Assembly (NCBI GenBank): GCA_963667465.2 | Contig: CAXXDN010000002.1 | Span: 1,792,001 to 1,856,000, forward strand | DNA length: 64,000 nt | Direction of reading: 5' to 3' | From: Dehalococcoidia bacterium | GTDB lineage: Bacteria; Chloroflexota; Dehalococcoidia; UBA2979 | In this document: in pieces, positions 9,118-19,910 of the stretch | How the letters are laid out: every line of letters starts with the position of its first letter | How positions within the stretch are numbered: the first letter of the stretch is position 1 | Program-made: the position numbers and the translations under genes | The notes under the pieces: generated by a model | Databases searched by the model: none | What the model saw: only the letters and a program-made list of their open reading frames with translations | Told to the model about the DNA's origin: nothing

Positions 9118-9728
9118 GGGCGAGCCCGACCCGCCTAATCGCTCAAGCGCTGCGCGCTTTCGCCCGCTAGGCGAGTATACGGGTGAGCACCAGCCGCGGC
9201 AATGCGGCGGATCGCATCATTGGATCTGTTACCAAGATCAGGCGGGGTGCATCAGAACGGAGTTACCGAACGGCCATAGGTTGTCGAGGTCAGTGAGTTC
9301 AGCAGCGGAGCGGCTCGTGCTCTTGCGGGGAGCAGTACCGTGACGAGCCGCAGCTAGCACTCGACGAATCCTATCGGGGAACAGCCTTTCAGTGCGCATC
9401 TCGTCAACCAATGCCGTGAGGTTGGCCCGGACTTGGCGCTGAACGGCCAGAGGGGTTGTTCCGCTGCTTCCCGCCAACGCCTGCTCGACGGCACTACGGA
9501 CCCGGGCCTGCCCTGCCTCCCGCTCAACACGGCTTCGGCAATAGCCGCACGTATCAGGGCGTCTACAATAGCGGGCAGGGGCGGTTGATCGATATCAGCG
9601 CGCCATAGGCTGGGAGTTTGCAGCCGCGGCCGTGGTCCGATGCGCTCAGTACGGCATGCCGTTGCGCGCGTCCCATCCGACTCTTCTGCAGGGAAGCGGG
9701 GTTGGCGATCCGTCAGCGTTCGAAGGCT

Positions 9729-10013
9729 GTGGCGCACGCTTTCGCCCGTTGCTCAGTCGCGCTGGCGGGCCTCGGCGGGTTCGTGCTGGCCTGGAGCCTC
9801 TGGGCCGTCGTGATCGCCCGGCGGGCCCCCGTGCCAGACGAAGCCGTACTCTGGGGAGTCCTGACTACCAGCGTGCTGGTACCTACCGTAGCCTCGGCAG
9901 CGGCCGTTTGGCGCCCATCGTTGCTCCCGGCGCTCGCGGCGCTCCTTTGCGGAGCGCTCTTGTTGATGCCCGCCTCACTGTTTTGGCTGATCCGGCTCAA
10001 CGCCTCCTCGTAG
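9729..10013 (+). CDS. Possible small membrane protein
   Basis: Three hydrophobic segments in ORF 9618..10013; start uncertain; no family recognised. Confidence 0.3.
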   Translation: MAHAFARCSVALAGLGGFVLAWSLWAVVIARRAPVPDEAVLWGVLTTSVLVPTVASAAAVWRPSLLPALAALLCGALLLMPASLFWLIRLNASS

Positions 10014-10076
10014 CCATAGCGACCGATCGCGGTGAGCCGCCACCTTACGCTCGCCGTCGCGCGCGGCTCCGCCTCC

Positions 10077-10102
10077 GTTGCCGCGTGTTCTCGCGCGGCA
10101 AC
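10077..10102. terminator. GC-rich hairpin in the intergenic region
   Basis: GTTGCCGCG-N8-CGCGGCAAC, 9-bp perfect stem; no U-tract. Confidence 0.3.
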
Positions 10103-10220
10103 CATAGAAGCGCACTGCGGCGCGGTCAGGGAAACCGATTTGTGATGCAGCGAAAGCGCGGTACGGTAACAGTTACTTCTGATGCACTGCAATGCGGCGT
10201 CACAGGGCCCACCCGGACCG

Positions 10221-11900
10221 CTACGAGCAGTAGGGCGTGAACAGCTCCGCGGCCGCGCGCACGCGGCGCACGAGCGTCGCATGGCTGGCGTGCTCGCCCA
10301 GCTCGGAACCGACGCCGGCCAGGAGCTCGGACACTGCATCGAGGCTGCCGCACTGCGCCCAGTACGACGTGCGCAGCAGCTCGGCGAACTCCGCAGCGGC
10401 GGCGGTCTGGCGGAAGTGCGGACTGGCCGCTCCGATCTCCGCGGCGATCGCGGCCACCGTGATGCCCTCCTCGATCTCGACCGGCCGCCCGCTCGAGGGG
10501 TTGAGCCAGCGCAGCCGGGCGGTCGCCAGCGCGGCGTCGGGGGCGGCGCCTTCCTGCAGGCGCAGCTCGTAGAGGGCGGTCACGTCGCGCGCGAAGCCGG
10601 GCTCGCCGAAGTCGAGCGAGTCGTCGCGGAAGTCCTCGTCGGACACGGCGCGGTTCTCGTAGCCGATCAGCCGGTACTTGCGGACCGTGGCCGGGTTGAA
10701 CTCCAACTGGATGCGGGCGTCGCGCGCGGTCTCCGTGAAGACGCCCTGGGCGCTCTCCTCCAGGAAACGGTCAGCGGCCGCGCGGTCGGCGAGGTAGTGG
10801 TACGTACCGTTGCCGCGGTTGGCGAGCGCCTCCAGCAGCACGTCGTTGTAGTTGCCGCTGATACCGACGCCGATCGAGGTGAGGGCGGCATTGCGCTGCG
10901 CCTGCACGTCGACGAGCTCCAGGATCGACTCGGGACCGGTCGCGCCGACGTTGGCGACGCCGTCCGAGAGCAGGACGATCCGGGCCTGCCGGCCGCGCTC
11001 GAGATCGGCCGCGGCGAGCCGGTAGGCGAGGCGCAGGCCTTCTTCGGCGTAGGTGCTGCCGCCCGTGGCGAGGGCACGCGCGGCGCTCGCGATCTCCTCG
11101 CGGCGATCCCCGTCCACGAAGTCGCTGACGAGGCTGGCGCGCGATCCGTAGCTGACGAGGGCGGCTCGGTCCCTCGGGCCCAGCAGCTCGACCAGGCCCG
11201 CGATCACCTCGCCGGCCACACCGATCCGGTTGTCCGCCTCCATCGAGCCGGAGACGTCCACGACGAAGATCAGCGAGACGGGGCCTCGCTCCTCCGGGGG
11301 CGCGGGGTTGCTGACGCCGACCCGCAGCAGCACGTAGTCCTCCGGCCCGAAGGGCGAAGGCGCGGCGTCCAGGTGCAGGCCCAGGGCGCCCCCGGCGGCC
11401 GGGTAGTCCTGCGGGAGGCTGTTGATGAACTCCTCGACCCGCACGGCGTCCGGTGGCGGCAGGGCGCGCTGCCCGAGGTAGAGCCCGAGGATCTCGTAGG
11501 ACGCCGTGTCGCCGTCGAGGGCGAAGGTCGAGAGCGCGTCCTCGTCGGCATCGATGAACGGATTGACACCGTGGCCCTTGAAGAACATCAGGGGCAGCGG
11601 CCGGTCGTTGGGGTTGGCCGAGCCACCGGCCTCCGGCGGGATCGCCGGCGGCGCCTGCTGAGCCGCCTGGACCGCAGCCGCCGGCGCCGCCGAGGCCGGC
11701 GCCGCCTGGCGCTCGGTGCTGGCCGCCTGCGGGGCCTCGAACTCGTCCTCGCCGCAGCCGCTGAGCACGAGGCCGGCCGCGAGCGCAGCCAGGGCGAGCG
11801 TCCCGGACACGATCCGTCCCGCCCCGCGCGCGCCCGTCGCGAGCCGGACGAGGGTCGCGAAGGACAGGACGCTGCCGATTGCGAGGACCAATGCTCTCAT
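10221..11900 (-). CDS. YfbK-like von Willebrand factor A lipoprotein
   Basis: Lipobox LSGC; STFALDGDTASY, VRVEEFIN, MIDAS DVSGSM, LLSDGVAN, YRLIGYENR, AAAEFAELLR. Confidence 0.9.
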   Translation of the reverse strand: MRALVLAIGSVLSFATLVRLATGARGAGRIVSGTLALAALAAGLVLSGCGEDEFEAPQAASTERQAAPASAAPAAAVQAAQQAPPAIPPEAGGSANPNDRPLPLMFFKGHGVNPFIDADEDALSTFALDGDTASYEILGLYLGQRALPPPDAVRVEEFINSLPQDYPAAGGALGLHLDAAPSPFGPEDYVLLRVGVSNPAPPEERGPVSLIFVVDVSGSMEADNRIGVAGEVIAGLVELLGPRDRAALVSYGSRASLVSDFVDGDRREEIASAARALATGGSTYAEEGLRLAYRLAAADLERGRQARIVLLSDGVANVGATGPESILELVDVQAQRNAALTSIGVGISGNYNDVLLEALANRGNGTYHYLADRAAADRFLEESAQGVFTETARDARIQLEFNPATVRKYRLIGYENRAVSDEDFRDDSLDFGEPGFARDVTALYELRLQEGAAPDAALATARLRWLNPSSGRPVEIEEGITVAAIAAEIGAASPHFRQTAAAAEFAELLRTSYWAQCGSLDAVSELLAGVGSELGEHASHATLVRRVRAAAELFTPYCS

Positions 11901-11989
11901 CTGGGGCCTCCCGGGATGCGAATCCGGTGCGGGCCGGCGCGGGCCGGTGCGGAGCACTTGCCCGCCGCCAACCCGCTGTTACCGATACG

Positions 11990-12015
11990 TACGTCCCGGG
12001 GCGGTGATTAGTTCC
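11990..12015 (-). promoter_or_regulatory. ECF-sigma-type promoter
   Basis: GGAACT-N16-CGTA on the minus strand, upstream of the vWA lipoprotein. Confidence 0.55.
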
Positions 12016-12085
12016 CGAAGCCCGCGCAGGCGGGTCTGCGGGAGGCGCGGACGGGGCTGGCGGTCGCGGGCGTAGGACCGGGGCG

Positions 12086-13405
12086 CTACGCCTCGGGGGC
12101 GGCCTCGCGGAGCGCGGCGGCGAGCGCCTCGACGGTGCGCTCGATCAGCGCTTCGTCGTGGGCGAGGGAGACGAACCAGGCCTCGAACTGCGAGGGCGGC
12201 AGCATGACGCCCCGCTCGAGCAAGGCGCGGTGGAAGCGGGCGAAGCGCTCGGTGTCGCTCTCGGCAGCCTCCGCGTAGTCGCCGGGCGCCCCGGCGCGGA
12301 AGAAGCCGGTCAGCGCCGACCCGGCGCGCGCGACGGCGAAGGGCACGCCCGCCGCCCGCGCCGCCTCGGTGACGCCGGCCTCGAGCTGCGCGCCGAGCGC
12401 TTCGAGGCGCGCGTACGCGGCCTCGTCGGCCTGCACCGTGCGCAGCGTCGCGAGGCCGGCGGCCGTCGCGAGCGGGTTGCCGGAGAGCGTGCCGGCCTGA
12501 TAGACGCCGCCGGCGGGGGCCATTTGCTCCAGCAGCTCGCGTGGGCCGCCGTAGGCGCCGACGGGCAGGCCGCCGCCGATCACCTTGCCGAGCGTCGTGA
12601 GGTCCGGACGCACGCCGTAGCGGCCCTGCGCGCCGGACCAGCCGACGCGGAAGCCGGTGATCACCTCGTCGAAGACGAGCAGCGCGCCGTGCGCGTCGCA
12701 GAGCCGCCGCAGGCCCTCGAGGTAGCCGTCGCGCGGCGGGACGACGCCCATGTTGCCGGCGACGGGCTCGACGATGACGGCGGCGACGGCGCCGGGGTGC
12801 GCCTCGAAGATCGCCTCGACGGCCGTGGCGGCGTTGTAGGGGGCGAGCAGCGTCTGCGCGGCGAAGGCGGCGGGCACGCCGGGCGAGTCCGGCAGCCCGA
12901 GGGTTGCGACGCCGGAGCCTGCGGCGGCGAGCAGGCCGTCCGAGTGGCCGTGGTAGCCACCCTCGAACTTCACGATCAGATCGCGCCCGGTAGCCGCGCG
13001 GGCGAGCCGCAGCGCGCTCATCACCGCCTCGGTCCCGGAGTTGACGAAACGCACCATCTCCACCGAGGGCAGCGCCTCGACGATCAGTTCGGCCAGCTCC
13101 AGCTCGGCCTCCGTCGGCGCGCCGAACGAGGTGCCGCGCGCCGCCGCCTGTCCGACCGCCTCGACCACCGCCGGGTGGGCGTGGCCGAGGATCAGCGGGC
13201 CGAACGACCCGAGGTAGTCGATGTACTCGTTGCCGTCAGCGTCGGCGACGATGGCGCCCGCGCCGCGGTCGAGCACCAGCGGGTCGCCACCGACGGCGCG
13301 GTAGGCGCGCGCCGGCGAGTTGACGCCGCCGGGAAGCACCGCCCGCGCCCGCGCCATCAGCGCGCGCGAGCGTTCGAGCGAGCGGCCGCCGGCCTCGGCG
13401 CTCAC
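12086..13405 (-). CDS. hemL: Glutamate-1-semialdehyde 2,1-aminomutase
   Basis: [44 protein letters not shown]. Confidence 0.97.
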   Translation of the reverse strand: MSAEAGGRSLERSRALMARARAVLPGGVNSPARAYRAVGGDPLVLDRGAGAIVADADGNEYIDYLGSFGPLILGHAHPAVVEAVGQAAARGTSFGAPTEAELELAELIVEALPSVEMVRFVNSGTEAVMSALRLARAATGRDLIVKFEGGYHGHSDGLLAAAGSGVATLGLPDSPGVPAAFAAQTLLAPYNAATAVEAIFEAHPGAVAAVIVEPVAGNMGVVPPRDGYLEGLRRLCDAHGALLVFDEVITGFRVGWSGAQGRYGVRPDLTTLGKVIGGGLPVGAYGGPRELLEQMAPAGGVYQAGTLSGNPLATAAGLATLRTVQADEAAYARLEALGAQLEAGVTEAARAAGVPFAVARAGSALTGFFRAGAPGDYAEAAESDTERFARFHRALLERGVMLPPSQFEAWFVSLAHDEALIERTVEALAAALREAAPEA

Positions 13406-14208
13406 GAGGCGACCGCGCTCGGCAGCAGCACGCCGAGCGCCTCCGCCAGCTCGGGGAGTGTGTCGATCGCGAGGGCCGGCGCCGGGTAGTCCTCGGCCAG
13501 CTCGGCGTCCTCGCTGCGGCGCACCCAGGCGACGGGCAACCCGGCACGGTTCCCGCCCAGCACATCGGCCTGGGGCGAGTCGCCGACGTAGAGCACCTCG
13601 GCGGGCGCGCAGCCGAGGCGGAGGCAGGTGACCTCGAAGACCGTGCGGTGCGGCTTGTAGGCGCGGAGCGACTCGGAGCTTTGAATCACGGAGAAGCGCA
13701 GCCGGTTGTGCGAGACCGCGCTCTGCAGGAAGTCCTCGTCCGCGTTGGAGAGCAGGGCGAGGCGGTAGCCCGCGGCAGCGAGGGCGTCGAGCACCTCGCG
13801 CGTGCCGGGGTAGGCGGGAGCGTGGCTCAGCACCTCGCGGAAGTGGTTCGCGCCGGCGGCCGGGTCGCCCTCGAGGCCCTGGTCCTCGAAGACCCGGGCG
13901 AACTGCCGCCGCCAGATCTCCCAGGTCGTGATGAACTCGGGCACGGGGCCGTCGAGCATGTACTCGCGGTCCGGCTTGCCCTCGTCGTCGACGCGGTCGC
14001 CCCAGGGGCTGACGCTGTTCCAGGCCTTCTCGAAGCCCTTCGCGGCCTCCTCGAAGTCCTCGACGGCGAGGCCTTGCTGGTCGAGCGCTTCGCGGAGCGC
14101 CTCGCGGAAGTCCCAGTCGAGGAGCGTGCCGTAGCCGTCGAAGGCCACGGCGCGGATGGCGCCCGCGTCGAAGGCGGGCGCCGCGGGGGCGCCGTTGTCT
14201 GTCGTCAC
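13402..14208 (-). CDS. HAD-family hydrolase
   Basis: [21 protein letters not shown]...D. Confidence 0.88.
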   Translation of the reverse strand: MTTDNGAPAAPAFDAGAIRAVAFDGYGTLLDWDFREALREALDQQGLAVEDFEEAAKGFEKAWNSVSPWGDRVDDEGKPDREYMLDGPVPEFITTWEIWRRQFARVFEDQGLEGDPAAGANHFREVLSHAPAYPGTREVLDALAAAGYRLALLSNADEDFLQSAVSHNRLRFSVIQSSESLRAYKPHRTVFEVTCLRLGCAPAEVLYVGDSPQADVLGGNRAGLPVAWVRRSEDAELAEDYPAPALAIDTLPELAEALGVLLPSAVAS

Positions 14209-15203
14209 CGCGTCTCGCGTAGCCAGCGCGCCGCCTCCTTCGCGTGGTACGTCAGCAGGATGTCGGCGCCGGCGCGGCGGATCGAGGTCAGCGCCTCGAG
14301 GATCGCGCCGCGTTCGTCGATCCAGCCATTGGCGGCCGCCGCCTTCAGCATCGCGTACTCGCCGGAGACGTTGTACGCCGCGAGCGGCAGTTCGGTCGAG
14401 TCACGCACCGCGCGCACAACGTCGAGGTAGGCGAGCGCGGGCTTCACCATGACGATGTCGGCCTGCTCCGCGATGTCGATCGCGACCTCGCGCACGGCCT
14501 CGCGCACGTTGGGCGGGTCCAGCTGGTAGCCGCGCCGGTCGCCGAACTGCGGGGCGGAGTCGGCGGCCTCGCGGAAGGGGCCGTAGAAGGCGGAAGCGTA
14601 CTTCGCGCTGTAGGCCATGATCGGCAACTGCGCGAAGCCGGACTCGTCGAGCGCCTCGCGAATCGCGGCCACGCGCCCGTCCATCATGTCCGAGGGCGCG
14701 ACCATGTCCACGCCCGCCTCGGCGAGCGAGACCGAGGTGCGCGCGAGCAGCTCGATCGCGGCGTCGTTCTCCACCTCGCCGCGGGCGTTGATCGGGCCAC
14801 AGTGCCCGTGGTCGGTGTACTCGCAGAGGCAGACGTCGGCGATCACGGCCAGCGAGGGGTCGGCCTGCTTGAGCGCCTCGCTGGCGCGCTGCGTGATGCC
14901 GTCGTTCGCCCAGGCGCCACTGCCCGCGGCGTCCTTGAGGTCGGGCACGCCGAACAGCAGCACCGCGCGCACGCCGAGTTCGTGCAGCTCAGCAGCCTCC
15001 GAGGCGAGCATGTCCGTCGAGAGGCGCGCCTGCCCCGGCATCGACTCGATCGGCTGGCGGATGCCGGAGCCCTCGGTGACGAACAGCGGGTAGACGAAGG
15101 AGGCGGGGTCGAGCCGGGTCTCGCGGACCAGCCCGCGCAGCGCCTCGGAACTGCGCAGCCTCCTCGTGCGCGCGAAGTCCCGCGTACGTGTCGCGATGGT
15201 CAT
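14205..15203 (-). CDS. hemB: Porphobilinogen synthase
   Basis: [43 protein letters not shown]. Confidence 0.97.
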   Translation of the reverse strand: MTIATRTRDFARTRRLRSSEALRGLVRETRLDPASFVYPLFVTEGSGIRQPIESMPGQARLSTDMLASEAAELHELGVRAVLLFGVPDLKDAAGSGAWANDGITQRASEALKQADPSLAVIADVCLCEYTDHGHCGPINARGEVENDAAIELLARTSVSLAEAGVDMVAPSDMMDGRVAAIREALDESGFAQLPIMAYSAKYASAFYGPFREAADSAPQFGDRRGYQLDPPNVREAVREVAIDIAEQADIVMVKPALAYLDVVRAVRDSTELPLAAYNVSGEYAMLKAAAANGWIDERGAILEALTSIRRAGADILLTYHAKEAARWLRETR

Positions 15204-16192
15204 GGTGCAGCCTCCTCCGTGGTGGCGGCGAGGGCGTCGAGGTCTAGCGCGGCGATGCGGGCGTTAAACACGTCACTGAACCGGGGGAGCAGGTCCACTG
15301 CCCACTTGCGCTGGTCTTCGAGCACCTCCGCGGAAGACTCGATGCCCCCGCTGCGCGATGCGAACACAAGCGCGCTCTTGTTCTGGGGCTGCTCGTCCCA
15401 CGTCAGGCGTTCCCCGATCTGCGCCTCGATCGTCTCGCGCTCATCCCGGAGTCGCAGGAATGCAGCGGTGTTCAAGGGCTGTTCGGGCATCTCGATCCGG
15501 AGAACGACTTTGAGCCTAGACTGCGCATCGAACCACGTCTGTATCGAGAATCCCTTGTGCCTCGTGCGAGCGTACAGCCAGTTTCCAGCATAGAACTCGG
15601 GGCGGGTCGTGAAGAAGTCAGGTAGCGTCTTATCCAACTCAGCGACGAAGTCCGCATAGAAGGCTTGATACGCCTTCTCCTTGTCGCTCAACTCGCGCCT
15701 GGTCTTCTTGGCAAGTTCGCGTTGGAAGTCACTTGGCTGCTCTACAACGTTGAAGCGCAGAGCGGGAGCCGAGTCATCGATCCGCAACACCTCTAACTCG
15801 ACCGCGAAGAACGCCACCGCGTCGCTGAGCTCGTTGAGCCAGTGCACTGCTTCGCGATGCTCATCGCGCACCTCTGGGCTGATCCAGACGACGATCTTCG
15901 CGTCGAGGCCAGCGGCGTAGGCGAGCAACTGGCCGAGATGCCCGTGGTCGGTCCGGTCCAGCTGGTTCTCGACGATGACGACACGATCGCTACCCGACTC
16001 CTTGCCGAGCAGATCAAGGCTGAATGCCCCGACTGCCGCTTCGGTCTGCGTGACTTCGATGTCCATCCCGAGCGCCTCGCCGAGCGAATCGATGTGCTCA
16101 GCCAACCAGGGCGTGAAGTCGCTCGCCTCGTTCGGCCAAACATCGCGAGGGTTTACGTTCTCGATGCTGCCAAGTTCCGGCTCAACCATCAC
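15200..16192 (-). CDS. NucS-like PD-(D/E)xK nuclease + DUF4268 protein, copy A
   Basis: [21 protein letters not shown]...IVENQL...HLGQLLAY; coupled to hemB by an ATGA overlap. Confidence 0.82.
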   Translation of the reverse strand: MMVEPELGSIENVNPRDVWPNEASDFTPWLAEHIDSLGEALGMDIEVTQTEAAVGAFSLDLLGKESGSDRVVIVENQLDRTDHGHLGQLLAYAAGLDAKIVVWISPEVRDEHREAVHWLNELSDAVAFFAVELEVLRIDDSAPALRFNVVEQPSDFQRELAKKTRRELSDKEKAYQAFYADFVAELDKTLPDFFTTRPEFYAGNWLYARTRHKGFSIQTWFDAQSRLKVVLRIEMPEQPLNTAAFLRLRDERETIEAQIGERLTWDEQPQNKSALVFASRSGGIESSAEVLEDQRKWAVDLLPRFSDVFNARIAALDLDALAATTEEAAP

Positions 16193-16442
16193 GCCTCCCC
16201 CGCCGCGTATCTTCGCAGCGCCGCAACGAGTGCGTCGACCGAGGCGCGGTCGGCGACGACTTGCGGCGGCAGGCCCGCCTCGACTCGATCGGCTGGCGGA
16301 TGCCCGAGCCCTCGGTGACGAACAGCGGGTAGACGAAGGAGGCGGGGTCGAGCCGCGTCTCGCGGACCAGCCCGCGCAGCGCCTCGGAACTGCGCAGCCT
16401 CCTCGTGCGCGCGAAGTCCCGTGTACGTGTCGCGATGGTCAT
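16182..16442 (-). pseudogene. Chimeric remnant: hemB 5' fragment fused out of frame to a cobA-hemD 3' fragment
   Basis: [10 protein letters not shown]...IRQPIES is identical to the HemB N-terminus, then the DNA switches to the cobA-hemD tail. Confidence 0.88.
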
Positions 16443-17437
16443 GGGGCAGCCTCCTCCGTGGTGGCGGCGAGGGCGTCGAGGTCGAGCGCTGCGATGCGGG
16501 GTGCGAAGACTTCCCGGAATCGTGGCGTCAGATCCACAGCCCAGCGCTTGTGCTGCTCCAGCACAGGTTCGGATGACTCGACGCTCCCATCCTTGTGGGC
16601 GAACACGCGCGAGGCTTGGCGATTGTCCAGTCGCTCCCACGTGAGTTGATCGCCGATCGCCGCTTCGATGGCAGCGCTCTGGTTCTGCAGCTGATCGAAC
16701 GCGGACTTGTTCTTGGCTCGGTCGCCCGTGTCGATGGAGAGTGCGACGCGGAATTGGCCGCTCCCAGTGAACGACCACTGAACGAAGAATCCGGAACGGC
16801 CGGTGCTAAAGTCCATCCCGTTGCCGTGACGCACATTCGCAGGATCCGACTTCGTGAAGTACGGGCTTGCAGTGAGCAGGCGCTGCAGCAGGTCAGCATA
16901 GAACTCGTGGTACGCGATCTGCTTGGCGGTTCGCTCGGTCTGGGTCTCTTTGACAAGCTTCCGCTGGAACTCGCTTGGCCGCGCGACGACATTGAAGCGC
17001 GGCGCAGGTAGCGAATTGCCGATCCGCCACACCTCTAACTCGACTGCGAAGAATGCCACCGCGTCGGTGGTTTGTTCGTTGAGCCAGTGCACTGCTTCGC
17101 GATGCTCATCGCGCACCTCTGGGCTGATCCAGACGACGATCTTCGCGTCGAGGCCAGCGGCGTAGGCGAGCAACTGGCCGAGATGCCCGTGGTCGGTCCG
17201 GTCCAGCTGGTTCTCGACGATGACGACACGATCGCTACCCGACTCCTTGCCGAGCAGATCAAGGCTGAATGCCCCGACTGCCGCTTCGGTCTGCGTGACT
17301 TCGATGTCCATCCCGAGCGCCTCGCCGAGCGAATCGATGTGCTCAGCCAACCAGGGCGTGAAGTCGCTCGCCTCGTTCGGCCAAACATCGCGAGGGTTTA
17401 CGTTCTCGATGCTGCCGAGTTCCGGCTCAACCATCAC
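16439..17437 (-). CDS. NucS-like PD-(D/E)xK nuclease + DUF4268 protein, copy B
   Basis: First ~120 aa identical to copy A; C-terminal domain divergent; coupled to cobA-hemD by a GTGA overlap. Confidence 0.82.
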   Translation of the reverse strand: MMVEPELGSIENVNPRDVWPNEASDFTPWLAEHIDSLGEALGMDIEVTQTEAAVGAFSLDLLGKESGSDRVVIVENQLDRTDHGHLGQLLAYAAGLDAKIVVWISPEVRDEHREAVHWLNEQTTDAVAFFAVELEVWRIGNSLPAPRFNVVARPSEFQRKLVKETQTERTAKQIAYHEFYADLLQRLLTASPYFTKSDPANVRHGNGMDFSTGRSGFFVQWSFTGSGQFRVALSIDTGDRAKNKSAFDQLQNQSAAIEAAIGDQLTWERLDNRQASRVFAHKDGSVESSEPVLEQHKRWAVDLTPRFREVFAPRIAALDLDALAATTEEAAP

Positions 17438-18975
17438 GCCTCCCTCGCCGCGTATCTTCGCAGCGCCGCAACGAGTGCGTCGACCGAGGCGTGGGCGGCG
17501 ACGACTTGCGGCGGCAGGCCCGCCTCGACCGCCGCCTCGGCGGTTTGCGGACCGATGCAGGCGACGACGGCGCCTCGCAAGGCCTCGAGGTCGCCGCCGA
17601 GCAGTTCGGCGAGGTTGCGCACCGTCGAGGACGAGGTGAACGTCACCGCCTCGATCTCGCCGGCGCGTAGTGCGGCCAGCACTCCGGGCGGCGGGTCGGC
17701 CGGCGGGGCCGCGAGGTAGAGCGTGACCTCGTCCACCGAGGCGCCCGCAGCGCGCAGGCGCTCGACCGGCGCCGGGTCGGCGCGCTCCGCTCGCGGCACC
17801 AGCACCCGCGCGCCCTCGACACCAACCCGCACCAGCAGATCGGCGAGGTCCCGGCCGCTCGCGCGCTCCGGCATCAGGTCCGGCGCTAGCCCGCGCGCTT
17901 CGAGGGCGCGTGCCGTCGCAGCGCCGACGGCGGCGATGTGCGCGCCGGCGAAGAGGCGCGCGTCCTCGCCCGCCTCATGCACGAGGTCGAACCAGGCCTC
18001 GACGGCGTTGCCGGAGGTGAAGACGACCCAGTGGTAGGCGTCATCGAGCAGTGCTTCCATGGCGGCGTCGACCGCCTCGGGGTCGGCGCGGCGCGCGATC
18101 TCGATCGCGGGCAGCAGCACCGGCTCGGCGCCCTCGGCGCGCAGCGCTTCGGCGAGACTCGATGCCTGGCGGCGCGTGCGCGTGACCAGCACGCGCCAGC
18201 CCGCCAGCGGGCGGCGCAGCGCCGGCGCGAGGCGCTCGCGCAGCGCGACGACCTCGCCGACGACGAGCAGCGCGGGCGGCTCCACCTCGGCCGTGCGCGC
18301 CGACTCGGCGATGCAATCGAGCGGCGCCTCGACCACGCGCTGGCGCGGCGTCGTCGCCTCGACGATCAGTGCGCTCGGCGTCGCGGGCGCGCGTCCGCCC
18401 TCGATCAGCGCGCGGGCGATGCCCTCGAGGCGGCCGACACCCATCAGCACGACGAGCGTGTCGACCGCCGTCGCCAGCTCCGCCCAGCGCACCTGCGCGG
18501 CGGGCTTGGTGGGATCCTCGTGGCCCGTGACGACCGCGAAGCTTACGGCGACGCCGCGGTGCGTGACGGGGATGCCGGCCGCCGCCACCCCGCCGATCGC
18601 CGAGGTCACACCCGGCACGACGGTCGCCTCGAGGCCCGCCTCGGCGAGCGCCTCCAGCTCCTCGCCGCCGCGCCCGAAGACGAAGGGGTCGCCGCCCTTG
18701 AGGCGCACGACACGCTTACCGGCGCGCGCCTGGGCGACGAGCGCGGCGTTGATCTCGTCCTGCGTCATCGCCGACCCACCCGGCGCCTTGCCAGCGTTGA
18801 TCAGCTCCGCCCCGGGCGCGCACTCCGCAAGCAGTTCGGCTGTGCCGAGGCGGTCGTAGAGCACGACCTCGGCCCCTCGCAGCGCCTCGAGGCCGCCCTG
18901 CGTCACGAGGCCCGGATCGCCCGGCCCCGCGCCGACGAGCCAGACGTGCCCGGCCTCGCGCTGCGGGGCGCTCAT
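17434..18975 (-). CDS. cobA: Uroporphyrinogen-III C-methyltransferase / uroporphyrinogen-III synthase fusion
   Basis: LVGAGPGDPGL, RLKGGDPFVFGRGGEE, VPGVTS; HemD part VLVTR, FTSSSTV, CIGPQTA. Confidence 0.95.
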   Translation of the reverse strand: MSAPQREAGHVWLVGAGPGDPGLVTQGGLEALRGAEVVLYDRLGTAELLAECAPGAELINAGKAPGGSAMTQDEINAALVAQARAGKRVVRLKGGDPFVFGRGGEELEALAEAGLEATVVPGVTSAIGGVAAAGIPVTHRGVAVSFAVVTGHEDPTKPAAQVRWAELATAVDTLVVLMGVGRLEGIARALIEGGRAPATPSALIVEATTPRQRVVEAPLDCIAESARTAEVEPPALLVVGEVVALRERLAPALRRPLAGWRVLVTRTRRQASSLAEALRAEGAEPVLLPAIEIARRADPEAVDAAMEALLDDAYHWVVFTSGNAVEAWFDLVHEAGEDARLFAGAHIAAVGAATARALEARGLAPDLMPERASGRDLADLLVRVGVEGARVLVPRAERADPAPVERLRAAGASVDEVTLYLAAPPADPPPGVLAALRAGEIEAVTFTSSSTVRNLAELLGGDLEALRGAVVACIGPQTAEAAVEAGLPPQVVAAHASVDALVAALRRYAAREA

Positions 18976-19910
18976 CGGGGCCCGGCCCCGGCGACACCGG
19001 CAGCGCCGAGCTGCTCCGCGAGGCCGCGGCCGAGCGCCTCGGCTTCGTCGGCCGGTCCAGCGGCGTCGCCGAAGCTGACCCCGCCGCCGTCGCCGCCGCC
19101 GTCCCCTGATCCATCCTCATCCGTGCCGATCATCGCGCGCAGCGCCAGCAGTCCATCGGCAAACTGCGCGTAGGCGCCGACGGGTACGGAGCAGCCGCTA
19201 CCCAGCTCGGCGAGGACGCCGCGTTCGGCCTCGACAGCCGCGCGCGTAGGTGCGTCGTCGCTGCCCGCCAGCAGCTCGCGCGTCGCCGCGTCGTCGCTGC
19301 GGCACTGCACGGCGAGCGCGCCCTGCCCGGGCGAGGGCAGGAATTCCATCGGCTCGAACAGCTGGGTCGCCTCCCCGAGCCGTCCGAGGCGCGCGAGTCC
19401 TGCCGCCGCCAGCACGACGGCGTCGTACTCGCCGCTCTCCACCTTGCCGAGGCGGGTGTCGACGTTGCCGCGGATCGGGGCGACCTCGATGTCCGGGCGC
19501 AGCGCGCGCAGCAGCAGCGCGCGGCGCCGCGATCCGCTGCCGACGCGCGCCCCCGCGGGCAGCTCGGCGAGCCGCCGCCCGCCGGAGGCGACGAGCACAT
19601 CGCGCGCGTCGCCACGGGGCAGGATGGCGGCCAGCGTCAGCTCCTCGAGGGCGGCGGTGGGCACGTCCTTGAGCGAGTGCACGGCGAGCTCCGCCCGCCG
19701 GTCGAGCAGCGCCTGCTCGACCGCGCGCACGAAGACGCCGCGCCCGCCGATCTCCGTGAGCGGCGAGCTGCGGTCAATGTCGCCCTCGGTGCGGACGCGG
19801 ACGAGCTCGATCTCGATGCCGGGGTGGGAGGCGCGAAGAGCGCCGGCGACGAGCTCGCTCTGCGCGAGCGCCAGGCGCGATCCGCGCGTGGCGAGGCGCA
19901 GCCGGGTCAA
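18972..19910 (-). CDS. hemC: Hydroxymethylbilane synthase
   Basis: LATRGSRLALAQ, AVHSLKDVP, IRGNVDTRL, GCSVPVG; TTG start overlapping the hemA stop. Confidence 0.95.
   Translation of the reverse strand: MTRLRLATRGSRLALAQSELVAGALRASHPGIEIELVRVRTEGDIDRSSPLTEIGGRGVFVRAVEQALLDRRAELAVHSLKDVPTAALEELTLAAILPRGDARDVLVASGGRRLAELPAGARVGSGSRRRALLLRALRPDIEVAPIRGNVDTRLGKVESGEYDAVVLAAAGLARLGRLGEATQLFEPMEFLPSPGQGALAVQCRSDDAATRELLAGSDDAPTRAAVEAERGVLAELGSGCSVPVGAYAQFADGLLALRAMIGTDEDGSGDGGGDGGGVSFGDAAGPADEAEALGRGLAEQLGAAGVAGAGPR

Larger units (their letters stand above)
15041..17529. repeat. Tandem duplication, units 15041-16284 and 16280-17529
   Basis: Each unit is hemB 5' ~160 bp + DUF4268 gene + cobA-hemD 3' ~95 bp; 5-bp microhomology TCGAC at the junction (16280-16284). 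Confidence 0.93.

Noticed and set aside
9118-9240. oriC / dnaA boxes upstream of dnaN
   Set aside because: No dnaA and no TTATCCACA-like cluster seen.
9238-9737. Two overlapping minus-strand ORFs as a frameshifted pseudogene
   Set aside because: Lower-GC sequence but no recognisable motif; a product cannot be supported.
15200-17437. DGR template/variable repeat or shufflon
   Set aside because: No reverse transcriptase, no adenine-specific differences, and no inverted recombination sites.
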